Origin: a virus
Direction: 5' to 3' (one strand)
Length of the DNA stretch: 64,000 bases
Virus record (IMG/VR): IMGVR_UViG_3300014137_000003
A program made the position numbers and the translations under genes. The notes under the pieces were generated by a model. It was not told the origin of the DNA. It saw only the letters and a list, made by a program, of their open reading frames with translations, and did not search any database. Each line of letters starts with the position of its first letter. Position 1 is the stretch's first letter. Shown here piece after piece: positions 16,751 through 25,796 of the stretch.

Positions 16751-18889
16751 ATGGCAGATTTATTAAAAGACCTAGAAAACTTTACTTCGAATTTGGAAGA
16801 GGTAAAACCAAAGAAGGAAGTAGTTGGTACAGGTTATGTAAAGAAAAAGGACACTGCTAGTGAGCGGTTCCTAGAACGTGTCACGGAAAAGGGGTACGAC
16901 TTAACTGAGCTTGAAGGAGCCCTTAAGACTTGGGGCAACCAGTTGGTTCTATCTTGTGCAGGAAGTGGTAAAACTACTTTTACAGTAATGAAAATTTTGT
17001 ATGGAACTCGTACTGGTAAGTTAACTCAAAAGGTAGAAGTTAATGGAAATACTGTACGAACTATGGCACGGATTTGGGTTTCTACCTTTTTGAATAGTGG
17101 TGCTAGGGAGTTGGAGTACGAAGTAGCCAAGTGGAATAAGAAAATGGGGTATGTTGATACTTCTAAATCAATAAAGTTTTCCACTATCCATGCAGAGTTT
17201 AAGTCTGTATTGAATGCTTGTGGTATTAGCACTAGCTTTATCGATGCTAAGGCTAACACTACTGCTCTACGCAACATCGTAAAACGATTTGGAGTAAGAG
17301 CTAATGGTAAGTTCCTTAATTCTGAACAGTTGTCTGATTTAGAGGGTGCATTGACTTATACTCGTAATAAACTTGATGGTAAACGTTATACCCACCAAGT
17401 TTATACTGACCTAGGTCTTACCTCAATTGAGATTGATGCTATTCTAAATGATTGGTATAAGGCACGTAAGGCAGCTGGCAAAATGGACTTTGAGGACTTG
17501 CAAGATATCCTCTATAACAAGTTGTTTGTAGAGGAAGACCAGAACATTATTGATTGTGTTTCAGACCGTTATGACTTCTTGTTTATTGACGAATTCCAAG
17601 ATACTTCCCAAAAGCAGTATGCTATCTTAAAAGTTTATATGCAGTATGCTAAGCAAACGGTAGTTGTAGGTGATGACGACCAAACTATCTACTCTTGGAG
17701 GGGTAGTGACCATAAGATTATTACTGAGACATTTATTAATGACTTTAGTCCTAAAATCTCTAAGCTCTCTACTAACTATCGATGCCCAGCAAATATTGTA
17801 AACGCTATTGTTCCTAGTATTGAACGCAATACTGAACGTTTAGAGAAGTCTATTAAGGCAAGCAAAGAAGGTGGGGAGGTTCGTCTTGGGGTATTCCCAT
17901 CTTACAATGCTATGGTTAAGAAATTGAATGAATTGGTTTATCAAGATATTTCAGACCGTATGAATGTAGCTATTATCTGTCGTGAGAATAGTGATGGGTT
18001 GTTGCCAGCTATGATGCTAGATAGGGATGGAAGGTTCTCTTTTAGTATTAGTGGGGAGGGTATGTCCCTAAACTCTTACATGGTTCAGCAAGCTAAGAAT
18101 GTTGTACGTTTGGTTAGCGAGAAAGCTACAAATGGTGTTGCATCTGCTCTTAAACAACTAACTTACTCTACTTGGGAAGTTGATTCTCTTATGTCAGCAC
18201 TTAAGAATAGTGGGGAAAGTATTTGGAATGTTCCTATGGACGAAGTTTCTTATTCTTGTCCTAGTCTATCAGGTATTCTCTCTGAGTGGAGAAATGTTTA
18301 CAGGGGTGTAACAGAAGGTAAGATGTCTGAAATGGGTTTGTTGGAATATCTTCTTTCTTACTATCATAACTTTGTTTATGAGAAGGAAAACACTTACAAC
18401 ATGAGAATGCGTTCTATCCTATCTTCTTTTGTAGTGCTTGTTAGGTCTGATGGTTTTGAATCTGCGTCTGAGTTCCTTTATGAGCTGAACGAAATGAATT
18501 TACGTTTACAAAGCCGAGTGAAGCTGAATAACGTAGATATTCGGATTGTTACTGTACACGAATTTAAAGGTAAGGAAGTAGATTCGGGGTATCTTTGGAA
18601 TGACTCTGTTGATGTCTTTCCTCATAAAAAGGCTGAAACTCAAGAAGAGCTTGAAGAAGAAAGGCGTAACCACTATATTGGTTGTACACGTCCTAAGAAA
18701 CGTTTGACCCTTATGACTATCCAAGGTAAGGAGGGTATGTTTATCTCGGAGATGGACTTATCTAACGCAATCCGTGTAGATAGTGTTTCTGGTATTAAAG
18801 GTTCATTAAAAGGTAAAGAAGATAGCGAAGAAGCTAGGAATAGACGTAGGCTTTTGGGAGAGTCAGCGGGTGTAGGTTTTGAAGAATAA
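16751..18889 (+). CDS. UvrD/Rep/PcrA-family SF1 DNA helicase
   Basis: Motif I CAGSGKTT, II FIDEFQDTS, III VVGDDDQTIYSWRGS, IV NYRCP, V VHEFKGKEVD, VI ERRNHYIGCTRPKKRL. Confidence 0.9.
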   Translation: MADLLKDLENFTSNLEEVKPKKEVVGTGYVKKKDTASERFLERVTEKGYDLTELEGALKTWGNQLVLSCAGSGKTTFTVMKILYGTRTGKLTQKVEVNGNTVRTMARIWVSTFLNSGARELEYEVAKWNKKMGYVDTSKSIKFSTIHAEFKSVLNACGISTSFIDAKANTTALRNIVKRFGVRANGKFLNSEQLSDLEGALTYTRNKLDGKRYTHQVYTDLGLTSIEIDAILNDWYKARKAAGKMDFEDLQDILYNKLFVEEDQNIIDCVSDRYDFLFIDEFQDTSQKQYAILKVYMQYAKQTVVVGDDDQTIYSWRGSDHKIITETFINDFSPKISKLSTNYRCPANIVNAIVPSIERNTERLEKSIKASKEGGEVRLGVFPSYNAMVKKLNELVYQDISDRMNVAIICRENSDGLLPAMMLDRDGRFSFSISGEGMSLNSYMVQQAKNVVRLVSEKATNGVASALKQLTYSTWEVDSLMSALKNSGESIWNVPMDEVSYSCPSLSGILSEWRNVYRGVTEGKMSEMGLLEYLLSYYHNFVYEKENTYNMRMRSILSSFVVLVRSDGFESASEFLYELNEMNLRLQSRVKLNNVDIRIVTVHEFKGKEVDSGYLWNDSVDVFPHKKAETQEELEEERRNHYIGCTRPKKRLTLMTIQGKEGMFISEMDLSNAIRVDSVSGIKGSLKGKEDSEEARNRRRLLGESAGVGFEE

Positions 18890-18893
18890 TTAG

Positions 18894-18957
18894 TTTTCCG
18901 AAAGTATTTTTTAGGTTTCCGATTTCGAATTTTAGAAGTCCGAAGCCTTTTCGACTA
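18894..18957 (+). repeat. Second phased array of TTCCGA-type boxes
   Basis: TTTTCCGAAA 18894, GTTTCCGATT 18915, AAGTCCGAAG 18936 (21-bp phasing), plus TTTCGAAT 18923 and TTTTCGAC 18948. Confidence 0.65.
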
Positions 18958-19023
18958 TAAGTAGGATTGTTTTTATGTTTATTTTATGTTAAGATGCTAG
19001 TATTGAAAGTATGAGGTTTAGTT

Positions 19024-19908
19024 ATGTACTTTAAAGGAAGTCGTGTAACTTTAGAATCTATTAGTTCTCAGTTTAGGGGGTATTCCTTGGACATACAGGA
19101 CGAGGTTCGTTCTATGGTTATGGATAACTTAGATTTGTCTAAGTGGATAGACGTTTGTAAGGATAACCCTTACCGTCTATATCAGATTAGGTTAGGAAGT
19201 AAGGAGGGATTGGACCCTCGGTTCTTCACTATCCTAGATGGTTCTGTAATTTATAGGATTCGTAGCTTGGCAGCTACTGGTTTTAATGTGGGAGAGTTGC
19301 TCTCTTATGTAGGTGTGGGCTTTACTAAGGAGCAGTGGTTTTATATTATCTCTTGGGCAGAGCGTGGCTTGTTAGACTTTAGGTTAGCCCTTGTAAGGAC
19401 TCCTTTCTCTATGTGGGGTTTCATTGATAAGGGTCTTAGGAATAACTTGCCTATGTGGTTGTTCACTAGTGGTAAGAAATACAGTGACACCTTTATGCAT
19501 AGTGTTCTTACTTTGATGTCTAATGGGCAGTCTGCCGAGACATTCTTAAATTATCCGTGGAATGATAAAACATTAAAATTATTGGCAGAATTCTCTTACC
19601 GTAGATGGTTTAATAATATAGTAGGCTTGGTAGATTATTTTATCCCTTACGATTTTTTAGTCTCTGTAGGGGAGTTAGCTAAAGAAGGTTTAATTGATAA
19701 AGATTTATTTAAGACTGGTTATGATGGAGATACTGGAAGCTGTTATTATCTATATCAGTCATATCATTTAGAAGCTATCTTGCGTTGTGTCATGCAGGGG
19801 TATGATTATAGCAAGTTAAAGGATTATAACCTTTCAGGTTCAGAGGTAGACACTATCTTGAAAGAGATAGAGTTAAACTCTAAGCGTTCTTTCCGAGGTA
19901 GATTGTAA
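19024..19908 (+). CDS. Hypothetical protein
   Basis: 294-aa ORF with a GAGG RBS, downstream of a TGtTAAGAT -10-like element. Confidence 0.7.
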   Translation: MYFKGSRVTLESISSQFRGYSLDIQDEVRSMVMDNLDLSKWIDVCKDNPYRLYQIRLGSKEGLDPRFFTILDGSVIYRIRSLAATGFNVGELLSYVGVGFTKEQWFYIISWAERGLLDFRLALVRTPFSMWGFIDKGLRNNLPMWLFTSGKKYSDTFMHSVLTLMSNGQSAETFLNYPWNDKTLKLLAEFSYRRWFNNIVGLVDYFIPYDFLVSVGELAKEGLIDKDLFKTGYDGDTGSCYYLYQSYHLEAILRCVMQGYDYSKLKDYNLSGSEVDTILKEIELNSKRSFRGRL

Positions 19909-19935
19909 AAATATTAGGAGATAGGGGTACTTATT

Positions 19936-20184
19936 TTGAAGGAGAAAGACTTTATAAAATCTTTAAAGGAAGTATGTGATGCATTCGAGCATTCTAAATC
20001 TCTATTAAATTCTTTATTAGATAATTTTGATGAAATGCAACTTGAGATGCAGTATTCTCTCCCTTACTCCGAAGATGAGTATGGTATAGTTATTTCAGAA
20101 TATGCTACTTATTCGGTAGATTGCCCTCATAAATTAAAGGAAATTGTTTCTGCCATGAAGGTAGATGGTTTATTGGAGGATTAG
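19936..20184 (+). CDS. Hypothetical small acidic protein
   Basis: 82-aa ORF, TTG start after AGGAGATAGGGG. Confidence 0.55.
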   Translation: MKEKDFIKSLKEVCDAFEHSKSLLNSLLDNFDEMQLEMQYSLPYSEDEYGIVISEYATYSVDCPHKLKEIVSAMKVDGLLED

Positions 20185-20185
20185 T

Positions 20186-21721
20186 ATGTCTTATTTAGAG
20201 AAGCCCCTTAAAGGAATAGACTTTTTTATAGATACTGTTCAAGATTTGAAAAGTATGAAGAAAGAAGATAGACCCCCTGTCTTGGTATATGGAGACCCTG
20301 ACATTGATGGTCTTGTTTCTATGCGTGAATTCTTACTTTTCCTGGAGAAGGAGTTAGAAGATGAGTCAATTCCTTACTATGTAAATAATAATCGCTCTCA
20401 TGGGTTCTTTATCCCTCCCGAGAAGCTTAAGGGGTACTATGTTTTCTGTGTAGATTTCTCTATCGAACAGGATAAGATGGATGAACTTGTAGCTAATGGG
20501 GTTAATATTGTTTCTGTTGATCACCATGAGTGTCAAGAGTCCTTTATTTCTTCTTATGAATATGAAGAAGAGGAAATTAAAGGGGTTATCACAGACTCCG
20601 ACGGTGCTTTTGGTTTTGTTATAAACAACCAGTATCCTTTTGAAGACCCCGAATGGACCTTTCAGTCAGGTATGGGTGTTCTTTATCATTGTATTGGTGA
20701 GTATTATAGACAGGTGTATGACAGTACAGAGTACCTAGACAACAAGACTACACGTGCTTTGGTTGGTCTTACGTTGTTATCCGATGTTCGAAATATTGAA
20801 ATGCCAGAAGCTAGGCAATTCCTTGATGCCTTGTACACTCATCCAAATGAAGGGTATATCGGTTATTTAATTGAGTCCGTTCTTAGTAAGGATTATACCT
20901 TTGGTTTACCTTGCATGGATAGGAACTTTGTAGATTACACTTTCTCGCCCAAGGTAAACTCTCTGTTTAGGTTTAATCGAAAGGACTTGGCTTGTGCGTT
21001 TATCTTGGGGTATGGATATCCTTTAGAAGACTACCAGACACTTCAAAGGGAGTTTGTAGAGTATTTGGAGGGTAATATAACTAAGAAAGAGTACCCAAAT
21101 ATTACTTTTATCGAGATACCATCAACTGGTTTATCCGAAGAGGAGAAGTCTTATGTAACTAATTTTGTAGGTTTATTAGCTAGTAGGTATGTTAGTTCTA
21201 GTAATGTAGTTATTGCCTACTATTCAGATGATGGTGTTTATGGAAGGGCTTCCTTTAGGGGTAGCATCCAAAGTATCGATTTCCGAAGAGAGCTTAATAA
21301 ACTAGGTCTTGACGGAAGAGGTCACGCTAGTGCTTATGGTATTTTAAACTTTCAGCCTAGTGAACAACTCTTTGAGTCTTTAAGTAAAAGGTGTACAGAG
21401 TTGTTTGCGGATGTAAAAGAGGGGGTAATCTTTAGGGATGTACCTCACTTGTCTCTATGGATAAAAACTCCATCTAAGGGGTATAGAACCTCAAAAGAGA
21501 ATTGCTACTTATTAAATCATCATCGTATTTATTTGCATTATACTGGTGATTTTTCACGTATTGAGAAGAAACGTGGAAATGATAGATACTCAATTTACTC
21601 TGTTGATGGTATTGAGGTTAAGTGTTTCAACAATGAGTTAACTTTTGAGAACGGTCTTATTTTGCCCATGCTAGAAAAGGGTAGACCTGTTCTGCAACTA
21701 GCTCGGTTTATCGATGAGTAG
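20186..21721 (+). CDS. DHH-family phosphoesterase, RecJ-like exonuclease
   Basis: ATG 20186 after GGAGGA. VLVYGDPDIDGLVS (DHH motifs I/II), VSVDHHE (motif III), GRGHASAYG (DHHA1 GGGH-like). Confidence 0.75.
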   Translation: MSYLEKPLKGIDFFIDTVQDLKSMKKEDRPPVLVYGDPDIDGLVSMREFLLFLEKELEDESIPYYVNNNRSHGFFIPPEKLKGYYVFCVDFSIEQDKMDELVANGVNIVSVDHHECQESFISSYEYEEEEIKGVITDSDGAFGFVINNQYPFEDPEWTFQSGMGVLYHCIGEYYRQVYDSTEYLDNKTTRALVGLTLLSDVRNIEMPEARQFLDALYTHPNEGYIGYLIESVLSKDYTFGLPCMDRNFVDYTFSPKVNSLFRFNRKDLACAFILGYGYPLEDYQTLQREFVEYLEGNITKKEYPNITFIEIPSTGLSEEEKSYVTNFVGLLASRYVSSSNVVIAYYSDDGVYGRASFRGSIQSIDFRRELNKLGLDGRGHASAYGILNFQPSEQLFESLSKRCTELFADVKEGVIFRDVPHLSLWIKTPSKGYRTSKENCYLLNHHRIYLHYTGDFSRIEKKRGNDRYSIYSVDGIEVKCFNNELTFENGLILPMLEKGRPVLQLARFIDE

Positions 21722-21847
21722 CCCTTTGTTAGATTTATTTATATCTGCTCTAGTAATCTCCGAATATAGGAATTTTAAGTTAGGTAAATATGTTTTTAGA
21801 GTAGTTACTACTAAAACTTAAGTTCCTTTTACTTAAAGTTCAGGGTT

Positions 21848-21856
21848 TGTTATAAT
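21848..21856 (+). promoter_or_regulatory. Extended -10 element TGtTATAAT followed by AGTAGTAT
   Basis: Intergenic, 34 nt upstream of ATG 21890. Confidence 0.55.
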
Positions 21857-21889
21857 AGTAGTATCAAAAATATTAGTAGGAGAAAAAAG

Positions 21890-22087
21890 ATGGAGTATCC
21901 AGAACTACAACACCAATTTTATGTGACTTTCCCAGAATTTGTAATGAAGATTGTTTTGGCATTCATTGTGTTTGCTATTATTAAGAGGTTGCTTGAGAGT
22001 AAACGATTTGTTCGAATTCTTTGTCGTTTTGTGCTACTTATTCCAGTTCTACTAGTAGCTATTATTATTCACGTAACGAAACACTAA
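21890..22087 (+). CDS. Small membrane protein (2 predicted TM helices)
   Basis: Hydrophobic stretches FVMKIVLAFIVFAII and ILCRFVLLIPVLLVAIIIHV. AGGAG RBS and a terminator downstream. Confidence 0.65.
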   Translation: MEYPELQHQFYVTFPEFVMKIVLAFIVFAIIKRLLESKRFVRILCRFVLLIPVLLVAIIIHVTKH

Positions 22088-22097
22088 TCCAGTTAAA

Positions 22098-22130
22098 GGT
22101 TCCAGGGCTTAAAGTCACTGGACCTTTTTT
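22098..22130 (+). terminator. Rho-independent terminator
   Basis: GGTTCCAG..CTGGACC stem (one bulge) followed by T6. Confidence 0.65.
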
Positions 22131-22138
22131 AGCTATTT

Positions 22139-22147
22139 TGGTAAAAT
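22139..22147 (+). promoter_or_regulatory. Extended -10 element TGgTAAAAT
   Basis: Lies directly after the terminator and upstream of the actin-like cassette. Confidence 0.5.
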
Positions 22148-22235
22148 AGAAGTTAAAGAGTTTATATTTTGATTTCTGAGAGTTAGAGTATAGACTTCTA
22201 AAAGTAGTAGTATCTACATAATGGAGGAATTAATT

Positions 22236-23393
22236 ATGCGTGAAGTAAATGCAACCCTTATTGTCGACTTAGGTAATAGCGAGACAAGGGTTATGGTTCA
22301 GTCAGGTCTTGGTAGGAACGGTTTGGTACGCCAGCGTATGTCTTTGGTAAGCAATAAATATGCGTCCTTACGAGAGGGGTACGAAGTTCCAGAAACTTAC
22401 ACAGAAGAGAACTCATCTATTCTAAGAACTAAGGATGGAGAGTTGTTTGCAAATGGATTGCTTGTAGAACGTGAGTTTTCGGTAGCACCTTTACGTCCAA
22501 CAAACTTGGAGAAAAAGCACGAAAGTAAGGTAACTATGATTACAATTCAACGTGCTTTCTTAGAGGGGTATAAATTGCTCTCTCAAATGTACCGAACATC
22601 TATGTCAAACCTTGACGTTACTTGGAAGGTAGTTTATTTGCTACCACCAAATGATATTTCTGAGGGTGCTAAGGTACTGTACGAAAAGATTGTAGGTCTT
22701 AAAACTCTTGAGTTTGTATTGCCTGAGTTTTCTGTTGATTTAAAAATCGAGGGTGCTAAAGTTTACCCAGAAGGGTTTGCAGCCTATATTGGAACTCTTA
22801 TGCGTAAAGGTAAAACTATCAATGAAGAGTTTAAAGGTTTGCTTGAATCAACAACCCTTATTGTTGACATCGGTGCAGGAACTACGGACTTCTTCGTGGT
22901 AGAGGGGATGGACACCATTGACTCTACTAAATCAACAATTCAAATTGGGGGTAACAACGTAACAGCATCTCTACGTCAACGAATGGCGAGTGCAGGTCTT
23001 AGTCTAACTGATAAGGTTATTGAGAAAGGTGTTCGCACTGGATATGTGAAAGATGGTGCTAAAACAATCAAAGTTGTTAAGGCTTTGGTGGCAGCAAAAC
23101 AGGACACTGCAAGCGTTCTTTTGGGTTCCATTATCTCTTATTTGGAAAGTGCTAACTATAACATTCGTACCATTGAAAATCTCCTTGTAGTTGGAGGTGG
23201 TAGTATCCCTAGTGATATCGAGGGTGTTAAGTCTCTGTCTGAGTATGTAGTAGAACGCTTAAAAGATTTTGCTCCTAACATTCAGTTGGTAAACTTGCCT
23301 AAAGAATATAAAGGTGAAGATACTACTGGTGGGGAGTTGAATCCTCGATTGTTAAACATTCTAGGTGCAGGGGTACTAGCAGAAATGGGGTAA
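22236..23393 (+). CDS. Actin-like ATPase (ParM/Alp family)
   Basis: ATG 22236 after GGAGG. Phosphate-1 LIVDLGNSETR, phosphate-2 LIVDIGAGTTDF, adenosine motif LLVVGGGS. Confidence 0.75.
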   Translation: MREVNATLIVDLGNSETRVMVQSGLGRNGLVRQRMSLVSNKYASLREGYEVPETYTEENSSILRTKDGELFANGLLVEREFSVAPLRPTNLEKKHESKVTMITIQRAFLEGYKLLSQMYRTSMSNLDVTWKVVYLLPPNDISEGAKVLYEKIVGLKTLEFVLPEFSVDLKIEGAKVYPEGFAAYIGTLMRKGKTINEEFKGLLESTTLIVDIGAGTTDFFVVEGMDTIDSTKSTIQIGGNNVTASLRQRMASAGLSLTDKVIEKGVRTGYVKDGAKTIKVVKALVAAKQDTASVLLGSIISYLESANYNIRTIENLLVVGGGSIPSDIEGVKSLSEYVVERLKDFAPNIQLVNLPKEYKGEDTTGGELNPRLLNILGAGVLAEMG

Positions 23394-23396
23394 TTT

Positions 23397-25100
23397 ATGT
23401 CATTAGTTGTAATTACTGGTGGACTTAGTAGGGAACAGTTATCTTTTATTGAGGAAGCCGTAAACCAATCGTTTGGTACAGGGGTAGTTACAATAAAAGA
23501 GTATTCTCTAGACGATATTTCCTTGGTAAAAGAATTACGCTTGGGTATTAAGGACTCAAGTGTGATTTCTGTATATCTTGGTAGTTTTTCTAGTGTTAAG
23601 GCACTTGAAAAGTCTCGTTCTATGCTAGAGAATTCGGGCAAGTTCTTGGAGGTCTTGTCTACAGAAGCTCTTGTAGAATACCTCAACAAAGAATATGGGG
23701 TATCTATTGAATATACTCCAGAACCTAGCACTGAGGTTGTTGTTGAGACTGCTCCTAGTATTGATGTTGAAGAAATTGAATCTTTTCGACGTTTACTTAA
23801 GGCTAAGGATGGCACTATTGAAGCTTTGGAGTTGCAGATTGCAGAACAGAAAGAATATTACGAAAAGCTCCTTTCGGGTATTGCTGAGTCTAATAAGGAC
23901 TCTCAAGTTTCTGAGGAAGATTTGTCTGAACTTCAACAACAGATTTCTTCTCTTACTGCAGACAATGAGGCTCTTTCTAAAACTAACAAAACCCTGAAAT
24001 ACGATATAGAAGTTATAAAAGAACAGAAGTCTGAACTTTCTTCTAAGTTTAATAGTGCGGATGCGTTATCTCGTAGTCAGAAAGACCTTATTAAAGAGCT
24101 TAAAGGTAAACTTGCTGATGCTAAAAGTAATCAAGTTGATGTCACCTCATATAAAGAAAGGATTTCTGAGTTAGAGTCTGAGTTGGGAACTTCTAAGGCT
24201 AGGGTTTCTGACTTGAACACCAAGGTTTCTGACTTGCAAGGCTCTGTGGGTGAGAAGGATTCTCGTATTACCGAATTGGAAGGTATTGTAGATAAGAAAG
24301 ACTCTCGTATTGCCGAGTTGGAAGCCAAAGTGGGTAGATTGACTTCTGACCTTGAAGACGAACGAAGAAATGTTACTACTCTTAATAAGCGTTTGATATC
24401 AGGTGGAAGTATGGAACCCCAAGTTATTGAAAAGGAAAACTCTTTCGACTTACCTCAAAGCCTTGAACAGCAGGTATGGGGTAGTTTGTGGGATAGTTCT
24501 CGTATTGGTTTCAAGAATATTACTTTTTTGTTTGCAGGTACTGGCGATTCCCATCGTGAAGCTTATCTCTATGCAGAGAAGAAGTTGTCTTCTACGCCTA
24601 GAGGGGGTATCTTCTATGATTTATCTACAGAGTCTGTTGCCGACTATCGTTTTGGTGTAAGGCGTGGTCATGAAGTAAGTAAATGGTATAAAGACTCTAA
24701 CGAAAACTTGAAGAGTTACTTATCTAAAACTAAGTACCCAGATGTTTATGTGTTAGGTACGTTTAGGGGTAGTCTTAATGAAATGTCTCATTTCACTCTT
24801 GACTTGTATAGTAGGTTAAGTTATTTAGATTCCTTGAATGTAAGTGTTGTAGTTTATGGAGGAGACATTAGTTCTTACTTCGGCAGGAACTTGATGTCGT
24901 CTGCTTTGTATGGTAGTCGTGTAGAAGTAGTTTGTAGGAGTTTAGGGACTTCTGCTAGGTCTATGTATTTTCATTCTCAGTTGGTAGGTGGTTCTTCTAA
25001 GGCTAGATATTACCTAGTCGGTAATTTGGATGATATGTCTAGGAAAGTATTTAAAGTAGCTCGGAGGGATGGCTTTAGTTGGGAGGTGCTAGATGCCTAA
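23397..25100 (+). CDS. Long coiled-coil protein, putative partner of the actin-like ATPase
   Basis: Globular N-domain of ~120 aa, ~200-aa heptad-rich region with repeats (KDSRITELEGIVDKKDSRIAELEAKV), and a globular C-domain. Confidence 0.6.
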   Translation: MSLVVITGGLSREQLSFIEEAVNQSFGTGVVTIKEYSLDDISLVKELRLGIKDSSVISVYLGSFSSVKALEKSRSMLENSGKFLEVLSTEALVEYLNKEYGVSIEYTPEPSTEVVVETAPSIDVEEIESFRRLLKAKDGTIEALELQIAEQKEYYEKLLSGIAESNKDSQVSEEDLSELQQQISSLTADNEALSKTNKTLKYDIEVIKEQKSELSSKFNSADALSRSQKDLIKELKGKLADAKSNQVDVTSYKERISELESELGTSKARVSDLNTKVSDLQGSVGEKDSRITELEGIVDKKDSRIAELEAKVGRLTSDLEDERRNVTTLNKRLISGGSMEPQVIEKENSFDLPQSLEQQVWGSLWDSSRIGFKNITFLFAGTGDSHREAYLYAEKKLSSTPRGGIFYDLSTESVADYRFGVRRGHEVSKWYKDSNENLKSYLSKTKYPDVYVLGTFRGSLNEMSHFTLDLYSRLSYLDSLNVSVVVYGGDISSYFGRNLMSSALYGSRVEVVCRSLGTSARSMYFHSQLVGGSSKARYYLVGNLDDMSRKVFKVARRDGFSWEVLDA

Positions 25101-25791
25101 GGTTGGTATTATGGCAGATGTGTCATCGGAGGTTTTTGAGGACGTAGTATCACCGGCAAAGTCTGAGAAACGTTTCAATAAGCTAGTCTCTAACTTGCTA
25201 GAGACTTACCACTCTAATGATACAGTGCGTGCAATTGTTGATGGAAAAGCAGAAGAAAGCCATATCCAAGGTCTTTCATTTCTACAAGAACAACTAGCCC
25301 AAGCAACTAACTCGGTAAATACTATGGGTATTTATGGCGATTCTTTGCAGATGTCTTTGGATTCTGCAAAAGAGGAGTTCTCCGATGTAGCTGACACCGA
25401 GAAGAAGGGCAGTGGGGTATCTACGGATAGTGCTGATTTCGAGTTGTTCAAGAAGGAAATCTTAGAGTCACAACAGTCATTTATGGATAGAATGGAATCT
25501 ATGCTATCCTCTGTATTAGGTGGCTCTAATAATGTAACTCCTAATCAAACTGTATCTAAGCCTTTAGAGGATGTAGTTAAGGAAGTTACCCCTAAGGAGA
25601 CTACTTCTAAGAAAGAAGACTCCTTTGCACCTATTGTAAGTTTGCCTAGTACCTTAGGAGGAGACTCAGAAGAAGAATCTTCAAACCTTTTCGAGGTAGT
25701 AGAAGACGATAGTAGCTCTGCTGATGTTAGTGGTACAGACGTCTTAGCAAGTTTAGTAGGTGACAGCAATAGTTTTAGTTTTGGAGGATAG
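25093..25791 (+). CDS. Hypothetical acidic Ser-rich protein
   Basis: 232-aa ORF overlapping the upstream stop by 8 nt. Confidence 0.6.
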   Translation: MPKVGIMADVSSEVFEDVVSPAKSEKRFNKLVSNLLETYHSNDTVRAIVDGKAEESHIQGLSFLQEQLAQATNSVNTMGIYGDSLQMSLDSAKEEFSDVADTEKKGSGVSTDSADFELFKKEILESQQSFMDRMESMLSSVLGGSNNVTPNQTVSKPLEDVVKEVTPKETTSKKEDSFAPIVSLPSTLGGDSEEESSNLFEVVEDDSSSADVSGTDVLASLVGDSNSFSFGG

Positions 25792-25796
25792 AATGA

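Noticed and set aside
23282-23815. 177-aa minus-strand ORF
   Set aside because: It is antisense to the end of the actin-like gene and the start of the coiled-coil gene. It is a Ser/Thr-rich shadow of a well-supported + strand frame with no RBS. The same reasoning applies to all other minus-strand ORFs in the track, e.g. 196-405, 362-589, 1605-1886, 4080-4337, 9569-9793, 17026-17277 and 31219-31470.
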